Notes: generated from the letters alone by a model not told the origin. Shown: positions 24,282 to 38,300, counted from the stretch's first letter. The stretch: DNA of 64,000 nt from Glaucostegus cemiculus (GCA_976551045.1 CDPCPM010000285.1:1364001-1428000), one strand, 5' to 3'. Translations and numbers: made by a program.

Positions 24282-24452
24282 GAGCTAAGTCAAAGGAACT
24301 CCACGAATGAAAAACAAGATGATGTGAGTTACAACAGCAGCCCAACGGAGGATGATAGCTTCTTGGTTCAGGTGCACGATGTCTCCCCAGAACAGCCTCG
24401 TACAGTCATCAGGGCTTCAAAGTTCAGTACAGCCCAAGACATTATTCTGCAG
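24282..24452 (+). CDS. PLCE1: PLCE1 coding exon, RA2 start: ...[32 protein letters not shown]
   Basis: RA2 motif [15 protein letters not shown]; CAGCAG acceptor (alternative start 24279); donor gttggt. Confidence 0.95.
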
Positions 24453-25393
24453 GTTGGTCACAATTTGAGAACAAAGACTGTGCAAAGTGAGTTCAAAGAA
24501 TGTGCGTGCAATTGCTGAGTTAACCTTGAGCCAGCTGTAAGCAAGATTAAAATCTGCATTTTTGTAAAATATCCACAGTTAACTAATATGCTGCAGACAT
24601 TAGACTTGGTTTTACACTTTTTATGGAGGCAGGGGATGAGTGGGAGGGGAATTGCTCTTGTTCAGGTCAAGAGTACAGAACTACTCTTTTGCCAATAATC
24701 TTACATTAATTTTAAAATAATTTTACCAGTCTTATTGTAATTCAAATGGTCTCCCTCATACCCAGCTAGTTGCAGTATCATTATAGATTTGCTCACTTTA
24801 CAGAATTTTGTTCAGCACAGATCCCGTTTTATCAGCCCATTAATTTGGAAACAAAAGCTCCACCAACTGTTAATGGAAGTATAATGTTTAAAATATATTG
24901 AGCAAACCACTGTGGCAGTTGGGAAGCAGAATAGACCAAGGAGCTAGGAAATGTAAAACTTATCTACCACAACACTGGCACTGGTGAGAGGGTGTAATTA
25001 CCAAATGTTGTTTGTGAAGAGTTGTGGTAGAAAAGTTTCACACAAATGTTTAGAGTGAAAATAAAGATAGGAAGACAAAGTTTGCAGATAGGCAGTGTGC
25101 ACAGGCAATAAGAGTTATAATAATAATATGCATTTTCAAATGTAAATTACCAGTAAAACTCAGTATTAAAAATATTGGTTGGTAGTAAATTAATTCATAG
25201 CACATTTTAATAAGTTTATATAATTGTGGTACTTCCAAAAAAAGTTAAATACAGGTAATGTCATCCATAATGTGTCAAAATTACATTTCTTTTGAAGTTC
25301 TGCTAGGAACTGGCATAGACTTGATGGGTGGGACGGCCTCTTTCTGCACCAGTAACAAGTCTTTGGTGTTTAATTTGTTAATTTATTCCACAG

Positions 25394-25612
25394 GCATTGA
25401 GTAAAGCCAAATATTCTTATAGCATCCTGAGTAACCCAAATCCCAGTGACTACGTCCTTGTGGAGGAAGTCACAAAAGAGCCATTAAACAAGAAATCGTC
25501 CATGGCAAAGCCGGTTCTTCGAATTCTTTCTGAGAATGAGTGTGTGTTTGTAGCCCAGAACAGGTGGAAAGGAGCAGGAAAATTCATCCTTAAGCTGAAA
25601 GAACAAGTACAG
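25394..25612 (+). CDS. PLCE1: PLCE1 coding exon, RA2: [22 protein letters not shown]...[16 protein letters not shown]
   Basis: Near-identical to mammalian RA2; cag/gtgagc sites. Confidence 0.98.
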
Positions 25613-26691
25613 GTGAGCAGCCAGAAATTCAGGATGTCAAAAGGGGGTGGATGGGATCGTTTCAGAGGAGCTGTTACCCCAGATCCAATGAAATTTTAGA
25701 GTAGTCAATACTGCAAGTTAAGAATACTGGGTGCGTAGCAAGGTCTCGCAAACAATGTACTACATGTCCATGTTGTCTCTTTTACATTGGTTCAGTGATA
25801 AACATGGTTAAGAACACCAGGAGAACGCTGTTTTCCTTTGTAGTGTCCTTCACTTAGACTAAGAAGTCAGATTTAACATTGCATCTGCACCTCTGAAACC
25901 TCAGCACTCATTACTGTATTGAAGTGTCCACCTGTATTATATGCTCAGGTATCTGGAGCAATCTTGAACTTGAAGCTTCTTATAAATGTAGTGTATTTAC
26001 CTTTGTTTCTCTTTGGCAATGTACTTTATACAGAAGTGTATTTAAATCATCTTCTCTATTGACTTGGTGTATATTTACATTTAGCAATATTTTATCTGTA
26101 CTGTCACCAAACTATGCAGTTTGATCAATATAGTAGAGTTCAGCAATATCCTGGAAACTAAACCCAATGTTACCAGAGAGTAGTATAAGGAACTGAAGCA
26201 ATTTAAGAAAACCCTACTCCACACCACAGGGCAACTAGGCACTGGCAATAAGTGTGACCTTGAAAGCATCACCCAAACAAAAGAAACTTGGTAGTATGTT
26301 GGGAGAGAAAGGAATTAATGTACCAGAAAGAAATCCAGAAGATCTTAGCGAATTTCCATTTCAGAATGTGGGATTATGGTATCCTATATACATAGAACAA
26401 TGCACATGTTTAGCATTATGTGTAATACTTTCCCAATAAACTGCAGTATGCTAAATCTCATTGTATAACATGTTAAGATAGTTCAGAAATGGTACCATCT
26501 GTGGGCAAGGCCTGGAGAATTTTATTTCTTTGTTTCTGAGCCAAAAAAGCAAGAAGTCTGTCTTGCTTTTATTGAAATGAGACAATGATTGACCTGCTCC
26601 AGATGTCATTGTATATTTATAATACTAATTTCTTGCCTGTACTGTTTGTGATTGCTTGGTTTGATCAATAAATTTTGGAATGTGTCAGCAG

Positions 26692-26868
26692 GCTGCGCAG
26701 GAGAAGAAGAAAGGCCTTTCTTTTGCTAACGAACTGAAGAGATTAACAAAATCAAGCAAACCAAGTCGGAGTTTCTCAGTCCCACTTCAGACAACCTCCC
26801 CTGAGAGCAGCCAGAGTAAGGATGAAAAAGCTGCATGTAGTGTGTCATTTGCTGAGATCACTGAATAA
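26692..26868 (+). CDS. PLCE1: PLCE1 last coding exon: AAQEKKKGLSFANELKRLTK...EITE*
   Basis: Matches human KKKGISFASELKKLTK; CAGCAG acceptor (alternative start 26689); TAA at 26866-26868; donor CAG|gtatgg at 26905. Confidence 0.93.
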   Translation, partial: AAQEKKKGLSFANELKRLTKSSKPSRSFSVPLQTTSPESSQSKDEKAACSVSFAEITE

Positions 26869-29800
26869 AAACCTCTGACATGATTGCAGCATGTGACTAC
26901 CCAGGTATGGCTTAGCATTTAACTCCTTATTGACTTTGCCAACATCAGTTTGTTGAGTAGTTTCAGTTGCCAAAATAATGAGTAGTTGAAGTTAATTCTC
27001 TAATCAAGTTATGGAACAGAGACATTTTTTACTTGGGTGGTGTGGTGGATGAGATAGAAAGCAGAGTCGAGAGCAAGCATAGGTTTCCTCTATGCCCCAC
27101 GACTTTCCAATGTACAGATTTTGGGGATCAATAGCAAGCTTTGCAAAAATCTTGTAATTTGTATTCTTACTGTATTTGGAGAACTCTTGTACTTGTCACC
27201 ACTCATTGACCCAGTTTATATGCGGAAGAAAGCAACAGGTTTGTAAAGGCTAATTTGTGGTACAGTTCAGAGCCTGACACAGGGAAGTGCTTGAACCCTA
27301 TAGCCAGTTCAGCAGTGTGTAGAACTATCGGGTGTGGTGTGCTTTAGAAATTAACCTTGGCAGTTTTAACTCAGTAGCATTTTATTGTAAGGGACTGTTA
27401 CAGTGTTAATTAGAACACTACTGGTGTTGGATGAAAACATCATAATTTGTTTTGGTTCTAGTAAATAACAAGTTTTAAAAAAATCATTAATTAACAATGA
27501 TCACAAGATACAGTGGAAATTGGATGAGACTATTTTGCTAAAAAAGTTTTTACTTTTCAAAGTGGCGCACTAAATTCAGGTAACACATTATGGCATGCAT
27601 ACCATTTAGCAGAATCATTATTGACTTTAGCCAGTGATGCTGTCTTGCCTGCTGTGTGTTACATGATTGTTGTACTGCTCCTTCACTGCTGACGGTAACC
27701 CTGACTAAGTGGCCTGCCAATGGAGGAAGAAGGTTGTGATTCTTTGACTGCCAGCTAATGGTGAAGTGGAGGCCTGGTAGATGATCACAGATTCATTGGC
27801 ATTAGCTGCACTTGATTTGTCAGCTGAAGAGTCAGTTGTGTGCTATAAACAAAGCTGCTCTACAACAATAGGAGCTGGAGATAAACGGCAAAACCAATTT
27901 CACAATTTTAAAGTGGTATCTGTCCTGGTAATTGCTTTAGTCTTGGTGAGAACCCCGAGATATCTTGGTTCCTGTGGTGGATAGAAATGGAAATTTTATC
28001 CATTGTATGATTTTAAAAAGGTTTTTGTTGGTATTTATTAAAAACATCCTTTCAGTTTCTTTTTGTTCCATTCATTGAGAGGAAAGGTGTTCTTTCAAAG
28101 TTTTCTTCATGTGATATAGATTATTTGTATTATGGAGTTATAGTGTGTGGCATAAAATCAATCAAAATAGCAAAATAAAATTAACTTCGCACCATCATGA
28201 AGAAAGTAATTGACAGCATGTGGTCATGAGTCGGCCCCTACTACACTATCATCTCTGACATGCCGATTACAGCCAAAGGCAAAACCAAGATATTTCTGAG
28301 GAAATGACATCTTGCTTCTGGCTATTTCTCATGACTATTCTTTCACTGTATATTCCTGATCCCAGAGGGAAAGACGGTGTGAAATTTAATTTGTAATTGG
28401 GGCAATGACCCTGCATTGTTTCCATCGATAACTTATCTCCCATCATTCTATTTTGCAACACAGTAAGAAAAGCAACATTTTCCATTAACCTCAGCTATTT
28501 TGAACTACTGTGTGAAAGAACGACAGAACTTCTTCTGATATTACATGGCTATTTAGATTCCTGCTTGTCATTGGTCCTCAGAACCATTGAGATTTGGAGC
28601 ACAAAGGAGGCAGTTTGCCCCTTAATATCACTGCCAATTAATTGCTGGAGCACACCAACACTGTTGGATCATGGCATTGTCTTATTTTAAAAAAGAATTT
28701 CTTTACTCTTCACTGCCAGGTGCCAAAGTGATTTTTACTGCCTACATCTTGCTGGCCCAAAATACATCAATTTGTAAACTTAAATCAACTTCCTGTAAGG
28801 CTTTACTTTATTCTAAATCAGTCATTAGAAACTTTCTTTCTCCTGTGAAAAAGCAGATTATTTTTGAATGAATTGATGGTTTTGGGTGATTTCAGTTGCA
28901 TTTTAATGGTTGTCTCAAAATAAAATGCAAATTATAAATGTAACTTAAATTCAACTTTACATGTGGTTTTTAAAAATGTTATTTTTAAGAGATTTCTGTA
29001 TTATTATTTTATTTGAAGGCTTTATTTTTAGATTTTATTTTGGATTCAGTCTCAATGTGTCTCTTATTCACTCTCTGGGATGCAAGAAATAGCCAGTAAT
29101 TTGAGCTATTAATCAAGATAATGCGTGAAACAACTTACAGAGCACAGGCAGCCTTACAGTTGCTTTCTTTCCAACAGCCTCCTTCAAGAGCTTTCTGTTC
29201 CCAAACACTGTCAGTTAGTCACATGAAACAAACCTTAAAAGGGGTAACAGTAATAAAGGAACAAGTGTTGTCCACGGTCCGATATTACATATGACAATTA
29301 TTTCACAGCCGCCTCTTTGAGGTAAGGATGATCTCCTTAGTGTGAATACATTAACTGACCTTATTTGAGCCTCCAGTCATTTCCCTTGCATATTTGCCCA
29401 AATGGAACAAAAATGTAACCAGCAATTAAATTACACTTCTGATATCTCCCCCAGGAAAATGAATCAACAGCCCAAGAATCAACATCTCCTGGATTCCTAA
29501 TCCCTTCGGTGCTGTAGATTCATAGTCCAAGACCAAGGGTCTGCAACCAAAGATCAAGAGCTTTTCTGTCATGAATTTGACCAAAAAAGCCAATATCTTA
29601 AGAGTAAAGTATGTGACCCCCCCACCCCATTTCAGTGAGTGATAGGAGAGAGGGGTGGTGCTTTATTGATCAGTGGCACATGACATTTTTGCAGGTGGGA
29701 TCAGATTTACAAGCCAAACCACTACCAGTGACTGCTCACATTTTACCTTAACCATGTACTTTCTTCAGTGTTGTCTAAATACACCTATATCATAGCGCTG

Positions 29801-30469
29801 ATAGCTCAGCTAACTGCTCACCACACCGCTACTGCATCTCCCATAAACCTGAAAATTCTGTAAAGGTGCAGTAATTCAGGCACTATTGATGGGGATTGAA
29901 ACAGTTAACATTTCTCTCTCCCATGATGCTGCCTGACTTGTTGGGTTGTTGTTCAGATTTCCAGCATCTGTCATATTTTGCTGGGTTTTTTGTTCCTCCT
30001 GATTGATGCAGAGAGAGGAATTTTAGTGGAATGTTCCTGTAAAAGTCCACTCTGACTAGGGTTGAGTGGAGTCCCCTGAGGCAGAGGTAAACCACATTTG
30101 GGGGTAACTTCTAAAGGCAACACTCCAAGCCATTCAAAAATACATAAAAAGGGCTATAGAACTCTCACACCACCTCCTTCCTCCTCAGAGGGTAAATATT
30201 ACCCACACTCCTAAGTCAGAAAGCTGGATAAAATTTCTTCTTGACCACCCTCAGAAACCACTGAGTTTTGCAGCATCTGCTTAATTGAGAGTCCCTTAAG
30301 TTCACATACACTTGCCTGCCTCTAACAAAAGTAGAATCTGAGAGTAGGGCTGTAACAGGGGCAGTAATTCACAGAATCTTACTCTCCATCAAACCTATAA
30401 AAAAAAGCTCTTTGAGATGAGAGAGCCAGAGAAATCTGTATCTACCAATTACAGAACCTGAATGTAATA

Positions 30470-30790
30470 GGTTACGTGTGCCCCCATTAGTGTACCCATT
30501 GGTTCAGGCATGTAACCACCAGTGCTGTACCAGTGTTAATTACACATCTGTGCCCAATACAATACACCTGTTATACAGTGACCTCTGTGTCCAGTATTGC
30601 ATCCTAGTATACTCAGTGACAAATCTGTGCCCCTTGTAATGCATCCCAGTGAAATAGTGACAGACCTCGACTTCCAGTACTGCACCCCAGTGTTATACAG
30701 TGACAGACTGATGCTCCCACAACTGTACCTCTGTGTTAAATAGTGACAGACCTGTGCCCACCAATATAGTCCACTTATGTCCAGGGCTGT
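30470..30790. repeat. Degenerate minisatellite of about 40-45 bp units (CCAGTACTGCACCCCAGTGTTATACAGTGACAGAC...)
   Basis: Recurring CAGTG..ATACAGTGAC and TGTGCCC motifs. Confidence 0.7.
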
Positions 30791-31804
30791 ATATAGACCA
30801 GGATTGTGATCAGACAAAAATTATCCATTAAGTTCTGGACCCTTGATGCTTTACCCCTGGGTACCTTGTTCCAGGTCCAGTATTGGGTCAGCCAATGGAT
30901 CAGGCCTGGAACCAACCAGGTCTTGGATGGACAGTGGAGTTGGGGCAAATGGGAAAGAATCAAGTTCTATCCTATCTGGTCCCCATACACTTCTCCCTGA
31001 AGACATCATTGGCTTTATGTTTTAAGAAGTCAGGCTGTCCTGGGGAATTCCTGGGAACTGTTGGCAAGTGGAGATGGGGCTGGTCAGAGGTGACACAAGG
31101 ATCCTTAAAGGGTCTTGTGTGCTTCTGGATTTGAAAACTGCTCCCAGGCTGTAATTGTAGTTTAAGCTATGAAATATCTTTTGATATAACTCATTGCCTT
31201 TGTGTGTCAGAGGACCCAGATTAAGTGGACATTTAATCTTTTGCCAACTTGTTTGTTGCAATACTATATTAATTTTTGTATAAATTGACCTTTTGTTAGT
31301 TTTCCATGGTATGGTTGCTATGTATATGCTGCAAACTTTGAACTGAAATTTATGTAATAGACCACTATTAACAAAGTTTTTGAGGCTCAGTGGACCATGC
31401 ATTGGTTTCAGTGCAGCATTTACCCATGCTGGCTTGCTTCTGAGACTCATCGCTCTGCCGCAGTAACAACCATTAATACGTTTTCAGATTTGGAGATTTT
31501 TGATCATTGGTCCCAAAGAAGTGATATGTAAAAGAGGCTTTCGGTGTTTCTCTGGGACTTTCCATCCATCACTAAGACTCACAAGAAGACTTTCCATCCT
31601 ACCACTAAAGCTCACTGAAGAGCCACTTTCTTGACTTGCTGTTTTCCATGTATCAGAGGTCAGGAAAGGTTCCAGAACTGATGCACTCGCAGTGAAGAAA
31701 TATACTTCCATCTTCTATTGTATGATCTGACCAGGTCAAGAGTTTCCCTACTGCTTTCAGTTGTACTGAGAGTACTCAATGTCAAGGGCAGTCAGCCATC
31801 TCAG

Positions 31805-32200
31805 TTCATATAATCATAGAGTAATACTGCATGGAAACAGGCCCTTTGGCCCAACTGGTCCGTGCCAATTAAGATTTCCATCTAAGCTAGTTCCATTTGC
31901 CTGCATTTGGCTCATATCCCTCTAAATCTTTCATATCCATGTACCTGTCCAAGTGCCTTTTAAATGTTGTCAATGTACCTGCCTCACTCGCTCACTCTGG
32001 CAGCTCGTTCCACTTACTGACCACCTGGACAGAAGAAGTTACCCCTCAGGTTCCTATTAAATCTCTCCTCTCTTACCCTCGACTTATGTCCTCTAGTTAT
32101 TAATTCCCTAAGCTTGGGAAAAAGTCTGTGCACATACGCTACCTCTATGCCCCTCATGATTTTGTACACCTCTATAAGATTGCCCCTCTTTCTCCTAGTT
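31805..32200 (-). mobile_element. CR1 LINE 3' end
   Basis: GGAAACAGGCCCTTTGGCCCAAC tail and reverse-strand ORF2 C-terminal remnant. Confidence 0.8.
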
Positions 32201-32553
32201 TATATGCCTGGAAATTAGATCGCATAATGTTGTTTCTTTCAGCAAAAATGGCAACTATCCTGTAATGGATGTCTCAATCTGTTCCCACATAAATTGGATC
32301 TCAACACTCCGTAGGGCAACCACTGTGGAATGGTGCACCATGACTGCATTCTTCATTTAATCATGATTTAAAGGGGGACTTTGCTGACATTGAGGCAGCT
32401 CCAGAACTAACTACTGACAGCTCAGACACTTCCCAGAGCCCACAAGGCATGTTCAAGCTAACGGTGAGCTGCTGACCAACTTATTTCAATGAGTGCCTGA
32501 GATGTCATAAGCACCCATTATTCAGATAAGATATTGAAGGTGGGTCAGGGACC

Positions 32554-33320
32554 TTGAGGCAGGAAGCACACAAAGGCACCTGTGCTAAGGTTCACGATCA
32601 TACTGAGGAGCACTGTGCAGGCAGGCTTAGGTTTTTGAAGACTGCTGTCAATCAGATATGTGATGTTCTGTGGGATGATCTTCAGCCACACTCCCAGGAC
32701 TGGACTGGTCTCAACAAGGTGGTCAAGGTCATTGTACTCTCCATTTCCTAGCTACAGAATCCTTCCATGCAGCTGCTGATCTCTGCCATATATCTCAGTT
32801 TGCTGCTCACAGCACCATTAGACAGGTCACCCAGACCCTCCATTCACTGAGGAATGAGTTCTTTGACTCCAGTGAGGAGTGGGTGGCATCACGTGAACTG
32901 GGAGCTGCCAGCATTGCTGCTACCCCAAGGTACAGCTGCCATCGATCGGACACTCAGCTCTTCCTCAATAGAATTTCCACTCCCTATATGTGCCAGTGTA
33001 ATACGGCCTTATGTTTGGTGCCATGTTTCCTGGCAGCTCCCACCATTCCTTTATTGTTCTAGAGTTCAACTTGTCCGACACCTTCAGCAGACGGCATTGC
33101 CCATGGAGCTAGGGTTACCCACTATTTCCATGGTTTCTGACCTCAATGCACATCCCGACCATTCCAGCTGAGCACTGATACAATAGCAACCATGGAAAAA
33201 CGAGGATAATTGTGGGGGATACAGTCAGACTCCCAAATTTTCATCATTCTGGTCGCACACAGTGTTCCACCCCCAGCTGGGCCAGAGATTCCACTGCAGA
33301 GCCCTGCATGCTGTGTACCT
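32554..33320 (+). pseudogene. Decayed PIF/Harbinger DNA-transposon transposase (HARBI1-like DDE)
   Basis: Across frameshifts the translation gives EEHCAGRLRFLKTAVNQICDVL, HFLATESFHAAADLCHISQFAAHSTIRQVT, AIDRT, FLNR..FHSLYV, FPGSSHHSFI, GYPLFPWFLT and AEH*YNSNHGKTRIIV, colinear with the Harbinger motifs F.SGSFQ, IDCTH, NRKGFHSLNVQ, PGS.HD, GYPL..WLMTP and YN..H..TR. Confidence 0.75.
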
Positions 33321-33798
33321 GACCAACTCTACACAACAGCTGGTACTCCAGGAAGAAGAGCTAGGAAACCCCGAGCTTAAGAACCAGGAAGTGCAACAGG
33401 TGCAGGGGGACCAAGGGGGTTGCAGAGGGGATCCTCCTGTACAATGTTGCCAGCTGGATGATGCCAAGTGCAGGAGAGACCCTTTGGCAATCTAGCAAGG
33501 GATTTGTATGGAGAGAGACAACTCCACTGGACACCCTGCATGTTCATCAAAGCCTTCCTGCAAGATGGCAGTCTCCCTCTCTACATTCTATCCGTAACCA
33601 CTACCACAGTACACCGCTAAACAGCTGCACTTCAATGAGGCACCATGTTCATGTTATGCTAAATATAACACACCAAGGAATTAAATTTCTGTTTATTTAA
33701 ATTTTTACACCACAGCCTCTCTCCATTTCCTGATGAATGATATCTTGCTTAAAGCACTCTGACTTCCTCACAAAATCCACGTTTTTCTTGGAAGAGTT

Positions 33799-34525
33799 CA
33801 ATAGAACAATAGAACAATAGAACAATACAGCACAGAACAGGCCCTTCGGCCCATCAAGCTGTGCCATCCTACAAACATCTTTCCACCCTCATATCCTACT
33901 ATTCCACATTCTTCCATGTGCTTATCTAACAATCTCTTAAACCTGTCCAACGTATCTGCCTCCACTACCACCCCAGGCAGTGCATTCCATGCACCAACCA
34001 CTCTCTGGGTGAAAAACTTCCCTCTGACATCTCCCCTATACTTTCCACCAATTATCTTAAAGGCATGCCCTCTCGTCTTGAGCATCTGCGCTCTGGGAAA
34101 GAGGCGCTGACTATTAACTCTATCTATTCCTCTCAATATCTTAAACACCTCTATCAAGTCCCCTCTCATCCTCCTCCTCTCTAATGAGTAGAGCCCTAGC
34201 ACCTTAAGCCTCTCTTTATATTCCATACCCTCCAATCCAGGCATCATCCTGGTAAATCGCCTCTGCACCCTCTCCAATGCCTCCACATCCTTCCTATAAT
34301 GCGGCGACCAGAACTGAACACAATATTCCAAGTGCGGCCTAACTAGAGTTTTGTAAAGCAGCATCATCACCTCTCTGCTCTTGAACTCAATCCCTTTATT
34401 TATAAAAGCCAACATCCCATAAGCCTCCTTAACAGCCCTATCCACCTGCGAGGCAACTTTGAGTGAACTGTGGATATGAACCCCCAGATCCCTCTGCTCC
34501 TCTACACTGCCAAGAACCTTGCCAT
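33799..34525 (-). mobile_element. Young 5'-truncated CR1, nearly identical to the copy at 1-730 but inverted
   Basis: ORF 33798-34550 encodes almost the same peptide as ORF 75-647; (CAATAGAA)n tail at 33799-33826. Confidence 0.95.
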
Positions 34526-35394
34526 CCTGTTGGCATAGACACTGGCCCAAAGCTTTAAAACTTTGGTCTGCTGATCAGCATGAAAGGTGGACATACACTG
34601 TTGCTGCCAATGCAGCTGAGGCTAGTGGCCATCTGAATATCTTTAGCAGATTGGCAGTCAAGTGTTAAGGAGGTACTTGAAGGATTAACATTTCAAGTCA
34701 TTCAGTGATAAGGAAACCCTTATGGAATGTGTAGAGCCAGGAGGGTCAATTTATGCCATTGAACCAATTGTCACAGTGGGGAAGTATGGTTGAAGTCCCA
34801 AATGAAGAAAACCACGTTAAACTGTTTACACTCATCAAAAATTATCACTGTATTGTCACACTATCCTGCTTGGGATTTGCATCTGAGTAATTGTAGTTCA
34901 CCAGTTCGTGGAGCTTCTAACCATGCCAGAAATCAAAGCTCTCAGAAAAAAACAGAGACACTATCATTGTTTCAACCTCCAGACCAAAAGCTAAGCCAGA
35001 TAAGAGATCCTAAAACATAGTCATCTAGGTGATGCTATGTTCACACCCTTCCACAAAGCCAGTGCTCTGTGCTATCAGAGATTGCTATCCTAAGGAGCAG
35101 AGAGATGGGAGGGGTGAACTCATGCACCCTTGTTATGTACTGTATCATGGAGGAGAGCAAGTTGCTGATGTGCAGCATCGGAAAATTGTCAGTTACTCAC
35201 AGAAAGGTTCCCTCTGCATTGAGAGAGAGAGAGAGGCTTATTCCTGGTGAGGTTCTGCACTCAAGAGTCCCCTCTGCCTGGATAGTCTCCCCACTGTTCC
35301 TTGAGGTTTGAGCCTAAATGGAGATGATGATCATTGATCTGCACTTTATTCTTCTGTATCTGGGGGCCTGATCTGTTTGTTGGGTCTTGAGGGA

Positions 35395-38300
35395 GTTAAA
35401 TGTGTGTACTAGGATAAGGGCAGGGAATTTGGAGGTAGGGTCAGAAGAAGTGGAATTCTTATGAGTGGAGCTAAGAAATGGCAAGGGTAAAAGGACAATA
35501 ATAGGAGTGATATATAGGCCCCCTAACAGCAGCCGGGATGTAGACTATAAGTTACAGCTAGAAATAGAAAAAGTGTGTCAGAGAGGCAACATCAAGATAA
35601 CTATGGAGTATTTTAACATGAAGGGGGATTGGGAAAGCCAGGAAGGCAGGGGATCTCAGGAAAGCGAGTTTATGGACTGTCTACGGGATGGCTTTTTGGA
35701 GCAACTTGTTGATGAGCCCACCAGGGGATCAGCTGTTTTGGATTGGGTGCTGTGTAATGAACCGGAGCTGATTAGGGAACTAAAGGTAAAGGTACCATTA
35801 GGAACTTGTGATCACAATATGGTTGAGTTCAGTTTCAACTTTGAAAAAGAGAAGCTGATATCAGAAGTGTCAAGATTTCAGTGGAACAAAGGAAATTACA
35901 GTAGCATGAGAGAGGAACTGGCCCAAATTGATTGGAAAAGCTAGTTGGAGGAATGACAGAGCAGAAATGGATGGAATATATACAAGGAATAAGGAAAATG
36001 CAGGATAGATGTATTCCAAGACAAAGGGTTATGAATGGAAAAATGGCACAAATGTGGATAATGAGAGAGGTGAAGGCTAAAATACAAGCAAAATTGAGGG
36101 CATACAAGGAAGCAAAAATCAGTGGGAAATTTTTAAAAACTTACAGAAAGAAATTAAGGAGGTCATTAAGAAAGAAAAGATGAATTGTGAAAGGAAGTTG
36201 GTAGATAACATTCACAAAAGTACCAAGAGTTTTTTTAAATATATGATGAGTAAAAGAGAGACACGGATCAATTGAATATAGGACCAATTGAAAACAGTGC
36301 AGGAGAGATTATAATTTATAACAGAGATGACAGAGGAACTAAATGAGTATTTTGCATCAGTCTTCACTGTGGAGGACATCAGCAATATACCTGATAGTCA
36401 GTGGTCTCGGGATAGAACTGAGTTCAGTCAAGATTACTAGAGAGAAGGTGCTCGGGAAGCTAAGTGGACTAAAGATAGATAAGTCTCCCGGACCGGATGA
36501 GGTACATCCCCGGGTTCTGAAGGAGGTGGCTTCAGAGATTGTGGAGGCATTGGTGATAATTTTCCAGGAATCAATAGACTCCGGCGTGGTTCCAGAGGAC
36601 TGGAAGATCGCAAATGTAGTTCCGCTGTATAAGAAGGGTAGAAGGCATCATAAAGGAAATTATAGACCTATTAGTCTGACATCAGTGGTGGGAAAGTTAT
36701 TGGAATCGATCCTCAAGGATGAGGTTATGGAATACCTAGAGGTGCAAGGCAAGATAAGCCCAAGCCAGCATGGTTTCATGAAGGGATGATCCTGCCTGAC
36801 CAACCTATTGGAGTCTTTTTTGAGGAAATCTCATGTAGGGTGGATAAGGGAGAGCCCGTGGATGTTGTGTATTTAGACTTTCAAAAGGCCTTTGACAAGG
36901 TGCCGCACAAGAGGCTAATTAATGAGAGCTCATCGAACTACAGGTAGGATAGTAGAATGGGTGGAGCATTGGCTGGTAGGCAGAAAGCAAAGGGTGGGAA
37001 TAAAGGGATCCTGTTCTGGTTGGCTACCGGTTACTGGTGGTGTTCCACAGGGGTCGGTGTTGGGGCCACTTTTTTTTACTTTGTACATTTATGATTTGGA
37101 TGATGGAGTTGCAGACATATACAAAGACCGTTGTGTGAGGAAGACCAAAAGCATAATGGCCGACCCTTCTCACCCCTCCCACCACCTCTTTACAATTTTG
37201 CCATCAGGGAGGAGGCTTAAATGTATCAGGGCAAGAACGACCAGGCTGAACGATAGCTTCTTTCCGCAAGCCATCAGAACTGCAAACTCTCTCATCCCTC
37301 CATCTTCCTTTGTTAACACTAAGAGATGCTAGGTGCACAGAAATGCACCAGCATTTTAAATGCCCGACACCAGCCCGTTCACTTTAATAACTATTTATTT
37401 ATTTACCAGCCATTTTTAATTTAATCTGCGTACTAATTTAATTTTAACTTCCGTAGTTTTTAATGTTTAATGTTTTTTAATGTTTATTCTGTCAAGTGTG
37501 TATGTGTGTCTCTGTTGGTTGTTATTTTATGGGACGAGCACCTGAGGAGGACGGTATCTCGCTCCTATGCATACTATGTATGTATATGGTTGTGACAATA
37601 AAACTGATTCTGAGTAAGTGGTTTTGTGGCTAAGTTTGCAGACGACACCAAGATAGGTGGAGGAGTATGAAGTATTGAAGGAACAGGAAGGTTGCAGAGA
37701 GACTTAGATAGTTTAGGAGCATGGGCAAAGAAATGGCAGATGAGATTCAATGTTGAGAAATGTGCCGTTGTACGCTTTGGAAAAAGAAATAAACAGGCAG
37801 ATTATTATCTAGATGGAGAGAAAATTCAAAGAACAGAAGTGCAAAGGGACTTGTGGGTACTTATGCAGAATACCCTAAAGGTTAACCACCAGGTCGTATT
37901 GGTGGTAAAGAAAGCAAATGCTATGTTGGCATTCATTTTGAGGGTATAGTGTATAAAAGTAGGGAAGTGTTGATGAGGCTCTGTGGGGCACTGGTGAGGC
38001 CTCATTTGGAATACTGTGTGCAGTTTTGGGCCCCTTATCTTAGGAAGATGTACTGATGTTGGAGAGGGTTCAGAAGAGGTTTCCGAGGATGATTCCCGGA
38101 ATGAAAGGGCTTACTTATGATGAGCGTCTGTCAGCTCTCGGACTGTATTCATTGGAGTACAGAAGAATGAGAGGGGACCTCATAGAAATGTTTAGAATGT
38201 TGAAAGGACTGGACAGAGTAGAGCTGTTTCCCTTGGTGGGTGAGCGCAGGACTAGAGGGCACAACCTCAGAATTAGAGGGTACCGGTTTAAAGCAGAAAA

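Noticed and set aside
31022-31711. Minus-strand ORFs of 142 and 75 aa as a nested gene in the post-stop PLCE1 intron
   Set aside because: No recognisable motif or convincing exon structure; cannot be supported without a search.
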